DNA of 64,000 nucleotides from a plasmid: sequence record NZ_CP037472.2; one strand, 5' to 3'. Shown piece by piece: positions 31,034 to 40,482 of this stretch (position 1 is its first letter; each line of letters starts with the position of its first letter). The notes under the pieces were generated by a model. It saw only the letters and a program-made list of their open reading frames with translations, ran no database searches and was not told where the DNA came from. The position numbers and the translations under genes were made by a program.

Positions 31034-32143
31034 TTGATATTTAGGAGAATGTTTATGTTGAAATTTAAATATATTATATTGTTGCTGTTTTCTTTGTTTT
31101 TAAACATTAATGCAACCCCTATAGTTAGACCTTTTAATTTTGATAATTGGAATTTTGATCAAGAGGTTGAAGAAGCTTATGAGTCCAGTTATGAGATAGT
31201 AGATGGTGTTTTAATAAATGTTAATGATTCAAGTAAGAATATGAAGGCAAAGAGAATTTTACAAAAAATAGAGGATCTTGAACGTTATTATAATTGCCTT
31301 GTGAATATCATAAGGGATGAGATTTTTTTGCAAGTAGAAAATGAATTTTTGAAAGATTATGGTCAATATTTTGATGATGATGTTTTTACAGAAACTGATA
31401 ATAGATTTAAACAGTTGATAGAAATTCCTATGGAAGAGAAGTTTGGCAATTATAGGTATAGACTTATGAGTTTTGCTAGTAAGAGTTGGATTAAAAACCC
31501 CGATTATACGAAGTTATTTATTAGACTACAGCTTAAAGAGATTTGTTTTATAGAAAATTATCTTAACCAAAAACTTGGTATAAAATTTGGTGATTTAAGT
31601 AGTCAGAAATCAAATGATCAAAAATCAACTCGCCAAAGACCAAGTAGCATGATGGATAGTAATGATCAAAAATCAACTCGCCAAAGACCAAGTAGCGTGA
31701 TGGATAGTAATGATCAAAAATCAACTCGCCAAAGACCAAGTAGCGTGATGGATAGTAATGATCAAAAATCAACTCGCCAAAGACCAAGTAGCGTTATGGA
31801 TAGTGATGATGAGGGCTTTGGTAATCCAAGACCAAGTCGTTCAAGACGAAGTAATCCAAGACCAAGTCGTGTGGTGGATGGTGATGATACCTTTAGTAGT
31901 TCAAGACCAAGTCGACAGGAATCAAATGAGATGATGAGAGCAAATGGTCAAAATCCGAGTCCTAAATCTAATAAGTTGCAACCAAGTGGTACTAAGCAAG
32001 GAAATATTAGGCCAAGTAGTACCAGACCATCCCTAAGAAGACCAGGACGAGATGTAAGACAGAAATTTATACGACCTATTGTTACGCCAATTGGTGATAA
32101 ACCAGGTAATTTTGTGTTCAGAGAAAAAAAAGATGAAAATTGA
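31034..32143 (+). CDS. secreted repeat protein embedded in the late operon
   Basis: Signal peptide MLKFKYIILLLFSLFLNINATP. Four 16-aa repeats NDQKSTRQRPSS[VM]MDS, then an RPS-rich low-complexity tail (NPRPSRSRRSNPRPSR...). Confidence 0.6.
   Translation: MIFRRMFMLKFKYIILLLFSLFLNINATPIVRPFNFDNWNFDQEVEEAYESSYEIVDGVLINVNDSSKNMKAKRILQKIEDLERYYNCLVNIIRDEIFLQVENEFLKDYGQYFDDDVFTETDNRFKQLIEIPMEEKFGNYRYRLMSFASKSWIKNPDYTKLFIRLQLKEICFIENYLNQKLGIKFGDLSSQKSNDQKSTRQRPSSMMDSNDQKSTRQRPSSVMDSNDQKSTRQRPSSVMDSNDQKSTRQRPSSVMDSDDEGFGNPRPSRSRRSNPRPSRVVDGDDTFSSSRPSRQESNEMMRANGQNPSPKSNKLQPSGTKQGNIRPSSTRPSLRRPGRDVRQKFIRPIVTPIGDKPGNFVFREKKDEN
31613..31804 (+). repeat. 4 x 48-bp near-perfect tandem repeat inside the CDS
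   Basis: Unit aatgatcaaaaatcaactcgccaaagaccaagtagcgtgatggatagt at 31613, 31661, 31709 and 31757, with 1-2 substitutions between copies. Confidence 0.9.
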
Positions 32144-32222
32144 TGTTAATCTTTTGGGTTTTTAATATTTTTCAAAGTGCTTGCTTTTAATTTTTAAATT
32201 AAGGCTTTGGTAATGGAGTTTT

Positions 32223-33152
32223 ATGTTACTGTTTCAGTATGACTTTAAAATAGAATTTTATGGTGTTTTGGGTGGAATTATTAATGATCAGACTCCCAAA
32301 GTGATAATAAAGACAAAATATGGAGCACCCGCTATTAATCTTGTAATTAGTAATGAATATTCCCTTATAAGTTCAGTTCAGTGTAAAAGGGCAAAATTGC
32401 AATTATTTAATATGCCTTTGAATTTTAATGAATCTTTAACTATTGGGGATATTGTTAAAATATACTATAAAAAATTTGCTAGTGAGGGTGATTTAGATTA
32501 TAAATTTATTATGGCAGGTTATTTGGGGGCGCCTGTTGATTTTGATTTTGAGAGTGGTGATTTTATTTGCCAGTATGAAATTTATCTATTATCTAAGGAT
32601 ACTTTTTTTAATCAAGAGCTTACTGTTAAAAATTTCAAATACAAATCTTTAGAAGAGTCAATAAATTTAGTATTTAAAGATCAAGCCGTTATTTTCATAA
32701 ATCATCAAGACAGAAGCCGTCTAATAGTTGAAAGTTTTTATGTTTCTACTTTAAAAGAGTTTATAGAACGACTTATTGAAAGATATGTGAATTTAATTTT
32801 TGTTGATATTGGCGATTCAACATTTAAGGTTGATACTAGATTTATTTTTATCAATTTTAGTGCACAGGAGATAAAGAAGGATTATAAGAATTTAGAAGAT
32901 TTTGCACTTTTATTTATTCCACAAAAAGAAGTGAGGGTTGTGGGTAAATCTACTGTTAATTTTTGGAATGCAACACTCCTTTTTACAGATAAGATTAAGG
33001 TGGGAGATGGGGTTCAATTTATTAATAGATGTGGTAAGTCTGTTAAGGCCTTTGTACAAGAGACCAATGCTTATTTAAGCAATGTGGGGGATTGTACATT
33101 AGGATTAAGACTTTATGATGAATCTAATGTTTTTGAAGGTAAGGTAATTTGA
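32223..33152 (+). CDS. phage late-operon protein (tail/baseplate region)
   Basis: 309 aa. Confidence 0.45.
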   Translation: MLLFQYDFKIEFYGVLGGIINDQTPKVIIKTKYGAPAINLVISNEYSLISSVQCKRAKLQLFNMPLNFNESLTIGDIVKIYYKKFASEGDLDYKFIMAGYLGAPVDFDFESGDFICQYEIYLLSKDTFFNQELTVKNFKYKSLEESINLVFKDQAVIFINHQDRSRLIVESFYVSTLKEFIERLIERYVNLIFVDIGDSTFKVDTRFIFINFSAQEIKKDYKNLEDFALLFIPQKEVRVVGKSTVNFWNATLLFTDKIKVGDGVQFINRCGKSVKAFVQETNAYLSNVGDCTLGLRLYDESNVFEGKVI

Positions 33153-33769
33153 TGATGAAAAATTATGAATTTTACAGGAATTTAGGAAATTTAAGTGATG
33201 GTTTTATGCTTGAGGATGTTAAGAGATATTTATATAAGAATGTATTTATTTGTCGAGTTGGGGTTGTAAAGGAATTTGATTCCCAGACTCAGAAAGGGAC
33301 TGTTGTAATTGAAGAGTATGAAGATCTGGATATTTTAACTTGCAATATTTCAGCTCTAAGATTAGAGCTTCAGAAAGGAGACAAGGTAATATTGCTTCAA
33401 AGTAGCATTAATATTTTCAATGAAAAAGATGATAATTATTTTGATAAACATTATTTTTATATTTTAAATGCGGTAAATCTTGAATTTGCAGGTATAAACT
33501 TACAGAAGTTTAATATCAATACAAAAGAATTGACTTGTGTGAGTGAAGAGACTTCTTTAAGGTCTAAGAATGTAGTATGTGAGGGGGCTAATACTAAGAT
33601 TTCTCTAAAATCCTTAATTATTGAGGCGGATGACATTCAATTGAAAGGTAATGTATACATTAACGGTAAATTATTTGAAAGTCATATGCATGGTGTTGGT
33701 ACCATGACTTATGTGAATGCCGGGGGAGCTCCTACTCTTGTAACAGGAAATACCTCAGGTGTTTCATAA
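33149..33769 (+). CDS. phage late-operon protein, last gene of the block
   Basis: 206 aa. Start overlaps the previous stop. Confidence 0.45.
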   Translation: MMMKNYEFYRNLGNLSDGFMLEDVKRYLYKNVFICRVGVVKEFDSQTQKGTVVIEEYEDLDILTCNISALRLELQKGDKVILLQSSINIFNEKDDNYFDKHYFYILNAVNLEFAGINLQKFNINTKELTCVSEETSLRSKNVVCEGANTKISLKSLIIEADDIQLKGNVYINGKLFESHMHGVGTMTYVNAGGAPTLVTGNTSGVS

Positions 33770-33952
33770 GTTTGATTAAAAGGGTATAAAGGATGTTGTA
33801 ATTTTATTTTAAAAAATTATTTAATTAATTTTAATTTAATCATTTTATTTTCACTTATAAATTGGCTTTTAATAATAAATCAACCTTTGATCATTTTTAT
33901 TAATAAATTTTTTTTTAATAAAAAGTTTAATTAATACATTATTGGGATATAT

Positions 33953-34588
33953 TTGGTAGTTAAAAGGAGATATATTATGAGAGTTTTTCAATTTTTGATC
34001 TTATTGTTAGCGCTTTTATTTTGTTGTTGTGATGATGTTGAATATAATGATGATGCAAGTTTTGATCATACTTTTGAGTATTTTGCTGGAAGTGATTTTG
34101 ATATTGGACTTGACTTTGACTATCGTTTATTAGAGGGTCTAGCTACAAACTTTAAGCTCTCAGAAGAAGAGAAGATTGCAGTTGGATTTTTAAGAAGAGC
34201 ATTAACCGATCCTATGATTGCAAAGGATGTTCCAAATGTGAGTACGTACAGTGATGATGAGTTTTATGAGTTTTTGTTCATTCTAAATGCTGATCGGACC
34301 AAAGAAGCGATTGCTGATATAGTTATGACTTTAAGGGTACGAGATGAAATATTAGAAATTATAAGGGCTGATTCTAAAGCATATGATTTTAAAGATCGGC
34401 TTATTACTAAGGAAAAAGAATATTTAAAAAATTTGAAAGTTGCTTGTAGTAGTGATAGGGGATATGAGGGAACGTATCTATCACTTATATCTTCTGATAA
34501 TTCGTTTATGTTTGGGGCACTTAGAAATCAAATATATTACGATTTTATGAACGTTAATTTCAGTTTAGGTAAATTAGATCAAACATAA
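33953..34588 (+). CDS. lipoprotein with unusual triple-Cys lipobox region
   Basis: Probable start at 33977, MRVFQFLILLLALLFCCCDDVEY. Acidic mature N-terminus. Confidence 0.55.
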   Translation: MVVKRRYIMRVFQFLILLLALLFCCCDDVEYNDDASFDHTFEYFAGSDFDIGLDFDYRLLEGLATNFKLSEEEKIAVGFLRRALTDPMIAKDVPNVSTYSDDEFYEFLFILNADRTKEAIADIVMTLRVRDEILEIIRADSKAYDFKDRLITKEKEYLKNLKVACSSDRGYEGTYLSLISSDNSFMFGALRNQIYYDFMNVNFSLGKLDQT

Positions 34589-35540
34589 TTAATGGACCAA
34601 TAGTAATAACGTTAAATAGTAAAGTTATATGTAGGTAGAGTAAATTCTTATATTATCAACATAGTCTAGTTTGACGTAGTGTTATTGTGTGTTAAAATAG
34701 TTTGTGGATTGGTTTTTAGTAATTTTACTGCTTTAATTAGTGAATATTTGTTTTAGAATTTTTTAGTATATTCTTGGGTATTCTTAACTTCTCTCTATTT
34801 GCGTCTCATCTTAAATACGTAAGCACGACTTTACTCCCCATTAATTCTGGTTACAATTTTAGTGTCAATAGAATAAAGAAGATATAGTCAGGGTTATTAA
34901 ATCTGCAATTAAAGGTAAGAGTTCTTTTGACTTGGATTTCTAAAAGGTTATAGACTCTAGTGAAAGTCTGGACTATTTTTTTTTATTTTCTTATGTTACA
35001 CTTAAATTAAGTAGTAAAGATTTCATATTGGTTTGTTTTAGTTTTATGATTTTTTAGCTTGTATTCTGGATTTGAGTAATTTTTGTATATCTTCAATTAT
35101 CTAGTTAAATGAATAATTAAGGAATTAATGTTCTTTTTTGCATAATGCTCTATTTTATTATTTAATCATGAGTAAATGTTAAATAATTTAGGATAGTGTA
35201 GATTAGTTTATTTTGCTTGTATATATGTCAGTTGATTTATAAGATGATTCAAAAAATTAGGTTGAATATAATAATACCAGATAGGTTAGTATTGTTCATG
35301 AATTTGTTAAGATTCAGTCAATTATAATTTTTGAAATTATTCTGATTAATTAAATAAGTTTATTAGGTTGATAATACTAGTAATGAAGCGGTGGTGTATT
35401 CCTTGATTGTGCTAAAAGCAATTATACTTACACTCTAATTAAGATTAGTTTAAGTTAGTTGGCAAGTATCTATACAAGGTCACTAAGCTTAATCTATACT
35501 GCTTAATTTAAGATAGAAGTATAAGTATTAGGAGAATGTT

Positions 35541-36272
35541 ATGGTTAAATTTATAAATTATTTGATACTTTGTAGTGCATTATTATTTTTTTATTGTTCG
35601 GATCCTAATAAGATGGTATCTGATAAAAATCAATCACTAAATAAATCACTAGATTCACAGATAACTGCTGATAAGGAATTGGATGATATTGTTGGCTTAA
35701 CTCATGATGCGGCTAAAAAGTATCGTTTTTTAAAAAATATACTTTTTAAGATATTTTCTGAATTAGAATATCATGGCTATAATTTTGATGTGTGTTCAGG
35801 TGAATTTTGTTACGATCAAGATATAGACAATCTAGAGCTGGATTTGGAGAAAAGAAAACAGATGAATAAAGCGAGAGCTGATGAGAGGAGGCAAAAAGGA
35901 TGTTTGTCATTTTTAGATTGGCTTGCAACTAAACCAGATAAACAAAAGAGATTGGTTGCTTCTTTTGGTTTTGCTTATGAACTCTTAAACAAGATAGGTG
36001 AAAAACATGCAGTAGACAAGACTTCAGATCAATATATAATTGATCTTCTTGATGTTGGATACAAGAATTATTGGGAAAAAGGATGTGGTGATAGTAGTAA
36101 TGCTTTTACTTGCCCCATATTTTGGTTTTTTAGAGACATTATTCAGCCTTTTAATAATTCGTATTATGATAATCATGAAAATATGTTTGATTTTTTTGAG
36201 AAAGCTTTCTTACCTGATTCTGTATTAAAAAAACATCATTACAAAATTTTAAAGGAACTTTCGGAAAAGTAA
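35541..36272 (+). CDS. lipoprotein
   Basis: MVKFINYLILCSALLFFYCSDPN. 243 aa with several Cys pairs. Confidence 0.65.
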   Translation: MVKFINYLILCSALLFFYCSDPNKMVSDKNQSLNKSLDSQITADKELDDIVGLTHDAAKKYRFLKNILFKIFSELEYHGYNFDVCSGEFCYDQDIDNLELDLEKRKQMNKARADERRQKGCLSFLDWLATKPDKQKRLVASFGFAYELLNKIGEKHAVDKTSDQYIIDLLDVGYKNYWEKGCGDSSNAFTCPIFWFFRDIIQPFNNSYYDNHENMFDFFEKAFLPDSVLKKHHYKILKELSEK

Positions 36273-36751
36273 TATTTAAACATGTATGAATAGTGATTAT
36301 ATAAATAGATGAATTTATGCATGTAACATAATCTTATATAAAGATTGTGTTGCATGTAGATTTAAAAATGTATATATTTATTATTTTGTAATTGTAATTA
36401 CTCTGAATATAAAAAAGACCAGATTCAGAGTTTGAATTCTTATAAAGTTAGAAAATTATACATTGTAAGCTTTAGGTGGTGATGATGGGGGTTTAAGTTC
36501 AATTTATAGATGAACGTTTATTGTTAAGGAAAATGGTGGTTTGAAATACAGAGATTGTATTAGCAAAAGTATTAAATCCTTATTGAAATTGAAATAGCCT
36601 TTGATCATATGTGGGCAGGTGTTTAATTGTAAAATTAAATTATTGCATAAATGTAATTATTATTATATAATAATATGCAAATAAACAGATTTGAGCATGC
36701 AAGGTTGTAATAACTACTATGTTGTATGTCAATTTAAGAAAGGAATGATGT

Positions 36752-36946
36752 ATGTATTTATTTAAGAAATTTAATTATTTAATATTGGGTGTAATATTGG
36801 GTGTAATATTAGGTGTAATATTAGGCATATGCCTATTGTTTTATACTTGTGGTTACTCTGAAGATCAAAAAGATGTAAAAAAGAAGTGGCCCTCTTCAAG
36901 TCAAATTCCTGTCAAGTTAGAAATGTGCAATGAAGAAAAAACTTAA
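36752..36946 (+). CDS. small putative lipoprotein/membrane peptide with (ILGV)n repeat
   Basis: 64 aa: MYLFKKFNYLILGVILGVILGVILGICLLFYTCGYSE. Confidence 0.4.
   Translation: MYLFKKFNYLILGVILGVILGVILGICLLFYTCGYSEDQKDVKKKWPSSSQIPVKLEMCNEEKT
36781..36828 (+). repeat. 4 x 12-bp tandem repeat (aatattgggtgt)
   Basis: aatattgggtgt aatattgggtgt aatattaggtgt aatattaggcat. Confidence 0.85.
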
Positions 36947-37418
36947 GTGATTAATGATGATTTGGTGGCTAAAAGGAATACGAAAAAAGAAAAGAGGGCC
37001 TTTTGATTTTAGTATTAATATATTATTAGGATAAAGTATCGATGATATAAGGACTAAGCTAGATTTTGATTTAATTGCTAAGCTGTCTTTATTACAAAAG
37101 ATAACACCTTCTATGGTAGTGATATAGACATGTTGCTTATATTAAATATTTATTAAAAGGTGTGAAGGTTTCCAATAAGGAACCTTTCTATTATAAATTG
37201 CTTTAAAAATAGAAATATATAATTTGTTAACTACTGCATAATAAACTTAATGCTCTTTGAATCATTGTTTAAAATATAAAAATTAATTGGTTGTGATTCA
37301 CAAAGGTTAAGGTTAAAGGTTAAAACCCCCAATTTTTGCTAGTTTTAATGTAAGTTAAAGATGAAATTAAAGAAGAAGTGATATATTTATTTAGGTTATA
37401 AATGTGAGAGAGATTTAA

Positions 37419-37872
37419 ATGAAGAGGATTAATTTTAATTTTGTTTTGTTTATGTTATTACTAATTAGTAGTTACGGTCTATACAATAATAAGAATAAGG
37501 AAGTTGAAAATGGAGCTAATAATGGAGAGCTGGATCAACAAGTAGAGAAACAAAAAACATCTGAGGAAACATTAAGAGAACGTTTAAGTGAATCACAAAA
37601 TAAAAATCTAGATTTCTTAAAAGAGGCTTTAAATGGAGATGATAGTAAGTTTAGTAAATTTTTGAGTGCAGATGATACAAAAATTTATACTTGATCATAT
37701 AGAATCACAGCTGAAAGACTGCACAGATGAGCAAAAGACAACGTTTAAACAGGTGGTAGAGGGAGTCCTTGGAGGAGACATTGATCAATTTACAAATCAA
37801 GCATCTAGCATGTGTAATATGGTAGGAGATAGGGGGGGGGTTGGGATGGTGAAGGGTCCAACTAAAAAATAG
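37419..37872 (+). pseudogene. secreted-protein gene split by a frameshift at an A5 tract (pseudogene or phase-variable)
   Basis: ORF 37419..37694 has signal peptide MKRINFNFVLFMLLLISSYG and continues in the +1 frame as 37666..37872. The frames switch at acaaaaattt (~37678). A G9 tract lies at 37832..37840. Confidence 0.5.
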
Positions 37873-38134
37873 CAAACATAGCTAATAGACATAATAATTA
37901 CTGAATCTGAATTAATGTTATAATGCAGAAGCAACAAGACTATAAAAGAGAAAGATATAGATATCAACAACAGTTTTAAATATATTTTATTTTTTTAATA
38001 ATTTATATTATATTAAAGTTAATATGGTAATAGTCAAAATTTTTGAATTTTAACGAATTGATTTATTAATCAATAAATTTAAGGCAAGGTTATTTAAACT
38101 CTTGCCTTTTAAATTAAAAATTACTCTTGGTATT

Positions 38135-38956
38135 TTAGTTGTTAATAGGAACTCTGAATTGATTATTAGCGGTAGTTGTGCCTGGGTATTTTTCTATAAT
38201 CTTTTTCATAAATTCATTAAATAATTTACCATTTAAAAGTATTGTATAAGTGTTTTGTTGCTGAGTTGTTTCGTCTTTAACAGTTATTTCTGCTTCCAGA
38301 AGATTCCATTTGCCATTATTGTAAAGAGCGGTAAAAGCAGATATTAATTCCTGACCACCAGTTGGGGATATTGCATTTAATATACCATAAGGGTATACGT
38401 TTTTGTATTCGTCCTCAGATGATTTTTCCATTTCAGGGATGCCTTGAATACCTAAAATTTTTTTGTTATTGAAATTTAGAGTTGGGTGCTCTTTTAATCT
38501 AAATGAAGTTACTTGAATATTATCTTCTAAACTTTCAAATAATATTAGTGGCATGACATATTTACTATATTGATCGTTGTATTTAATAGGTGATACTGAA
38601 TATGAGAATCGAAGTTTGTTTTTTAATGATTCTATTGGTTGTTTGTCCTTGCCAATTATTTCTTTGGCTTTAATTTTCATCCAGGTGATTGTGCATTTTC
38701 GTGGACACTCGCACCACAAACAGACTAGACACATGCATTTTTCTTTGGTTCCTTCAAGTATTTCAAATGTTACTTGCTCGTTCATGATTGCTTGCTCATT
38801 TATGACTATTTTTTTCTCTTCTTTTAATTTGTGATTATTATGAGTGTGTGATTTTTTAGTCTTGTTTTGAATGTTTGAAAAATCGTTACTTAAGAAACAG
38901 CATGTTATGAATAATGGGAATATAATGATTATTTTTTGCATTTTACTTCTCTCCAA
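38135..38956 (-). CDS. lipoprotein, paralogue of 15458..16243
   Basis: MQKIIIIFPLFITCCFLSN. Shares the SYS[IV]SPIK...MP[VL][VI][IL]F[QE]S block with the 15.4 kb gene. Confidence 0.7.
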   Translation of the reverse strand: MERSKMQKIIIIFPLFITCCFLSNDFSNIQNKTKKSHTHNNHKLKEEKKIVINEQAIMNEQVTFEILEGTKEKCMCLVCLWCECPRKCTITWMKIKAKEIIGKDKQPIESLKNKLRFSYSVSPIKYNDQYSKYVMPLILFESLEDNIQVTSFRLKEHPTLNFNNKKILGIQGIPEMEKSSEDEYKNVYPYGILNAISPTGGQELISAFTALYNNGKWNLLEAEITVKDETTQQQNTYTILLNGKLFNEFMKKIIEKYPGTTTANNQFRVPINN

Positions 38957-39204
38957 AGTTTACAAGTATATAGCGGAAAATGATATTTGTAATTTATTTT
39001 TGCTTAGTTCAAATAAATTTTTCAAGAAATTCTTTATTTAATAATCAATAATTTTGTGATAACATTTACCTATTAATTTTCATTTATTTTGATTTAAGGG
39101 AAAGTTAGGTTTAGTTGATGAGATGAGCGGTTTAATTGTGTTTAAGGTTATTATTGGTCTGGGTAATCACCTTGAGGGTTGATTTCAAAAAATATAGACA
39201 GTTT

Positions 39205-39220
39205 TGAGATTTAAATCTCA
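39205..39220. promoter_or_regulatory. perfect 16-bp palindrome ~40 bp upstream of thyX
   Basis: tgagattt|aaatctca. Confidence 0.35.
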
Positions 39221-39261
39221 TAAATAGAAGTAATTTTTAAGGGATATAGGACGGGTGGTAT

Positions 39262-40080
39262 ATGCGAGATCACGTAAAGGCAGCAGATGAAATATTGGAT
39301 AGAGAATATAAGGTCTTAGATAAAGGTTTTTTAAGACTTATTGATTATATGGGCAGTGATGAGCGAATAGTGAACTCAGCTAGAGTTTCTTATAGAGATT
39401 CTAAGGGAAAGCGGGATAGTGCTGGTCTTATTGATTATTTAATAAGAAATGAACATACAAGTCCACTAGAACAAGTAGTTTTTGCTTTTCATATAAAAGC
39501 ACCAATATTTGTGGCAAGGCAGTGGATGAGGCATAGAACATCAAGGATTAATGAAGTTTCAGGGCGTTATAGTTTAATGAAGGAAGAATTTTATGTACCT
39601 TGTAAGTCTGATATTAAGAAGCAAAGTAGATTTAATAAACAAGGTCGCTCAGATGAGGATGTTGATGTTGATGTTGCTGAGTCCTTTTTAAATGGGTTGG
39701 ATGAGGTTTATAAGAATTCTTATCAAATTTATAATGATATGATAAATGATGATGTTTCAAGGGAACTTGCAAGGATCACTTTGCCTTTAAGTTTATACAC
39801 TGAATGGTACTGGCAAATTGATCTTAACAATTTATTTCATTTTGTTAAACTAAGAGCATCAGGTCATGCACAAAAAGAGATCAGAGAGTATGCTAATATT
39901 ATATTAAACATTGTTGAATTGGTAGTGCCATTGGCAACTGCTAGTTTTAGAAGGCATATTTTGGGGGGAGTTATGCTTTCAAGTGAAGAGGTGTGTGAGA
40001 TTCGAAAGGTATTAGATTTAACAAAACTGAATTTATCAGATAAGAGCTTAAATCGATTAAAAGAAAAACTTAGTTTATAA
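39262..40080 (+). CDS. thyX: FAD-dependent thymidylate synthase ThyX
   Basis: ThyX signature WMRHRTSRINEVSGRYS (RHR-x7-S-x-RY). 272 aa. Confidence 0.9.
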   Translation: MRDHVKAADEILDREYKVLDKGFLRLIDYMGSDERIVNSARVSYRDSKGKRDSAGLIDYLIRNEHTSPLEQVVFAFHIKAPIFVARQWMRHRTSRINEVSGRYSLMKEEFYVPCKSDIKKQSRFNKQGRSDEDVDVDVAESFLNGLDEVYKNSYQIYNDMINDDVSRELARITLPLSLYTEWYWQIDLNNLFHFVKLRASGHAQKEIREYANIILNIVELVVPLATASFRRHILGGVMLSSEEVCEIRKVLDLTKLNLSDKSLNRLKEKLSL

Positions 40081-40110
40081 TTTATTATAAATTTTAAGAG
40101 GGATAGGTAT

Positions 40111-40482
40111 ATTTTAGTAGTTTATGCGTCAAAAACAGGGAATATAGAGCGTTTTATTTCAAAAGCAGGGATTGGTAGTATTTTTAGAATAGTTACTGGT
40201 GATGAAATTGTAAATGAGTCTTATATATTGCTTACATATACAATTTCTTTTGGCAAGGTTCCTCCTGAGGTAGAGAAATTTTTAAAAAATAATTCAAAAT
40301 TAATGGTGGGTGTTGCTGGGAGTGGAAATAGAAATTGGGGTGATTCTTTTTGCAATGCTGTTAATTTAATACGAGACAAATATAATGTTAAAGAAATATT
40401 GAAGTTTGAACTCTCAGGAACCCAGCATGATGTTGATAATTTTATAGGAAGGATTGAGAATGAAACATTTGGAATTGAATAA
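40111..40482 (+). CDS. nrdI: ribonucleotide reductase flavodoxin-like protein NrdI
   Basis: LVVYASKTGNIERF at the N-terminus and GSGNRNWGDSF, the NrdI hallmarks. The ORF track starts at 40228 (TTG), but the reading frame is open back to the thyX stop. The true start is probably the non-canonical ATT at 40111, which follows RBS aagaggga. Confidence 0.7.
   Translation: MLVVYASKTGNIERFISKAGIGSIFRIVTGDEIVNESYILLTYTISFGKVPPEVEKFLKNNSKLMVGVAGSGNRNWGDSFCNAVNLIRDKYNVKEILKFELSGTQHDVDNFIGRIENETFGIE

Noticed and set aside
37419-37872. Variable small protein (Vsp/Vtp) or vlp silent cassette.
   Set aside because: The N-terminus lacks a lipobox Cys. The size and composition do not match Vsp (~210 aa, Ala/Lys-rich with an LFISC lipobox). 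No UHS/DHS-like flanks were seen.
39205-39220. NrdR box upstream of the nrd operon.
   Set aside because: The palindrome tgagatttaaatctca does not fit the NrdR-box consensus (acaC.A.ATAT.T.Gtgt-like), and no nrdR gene is evident. It is kept only as a generic operator candidate.
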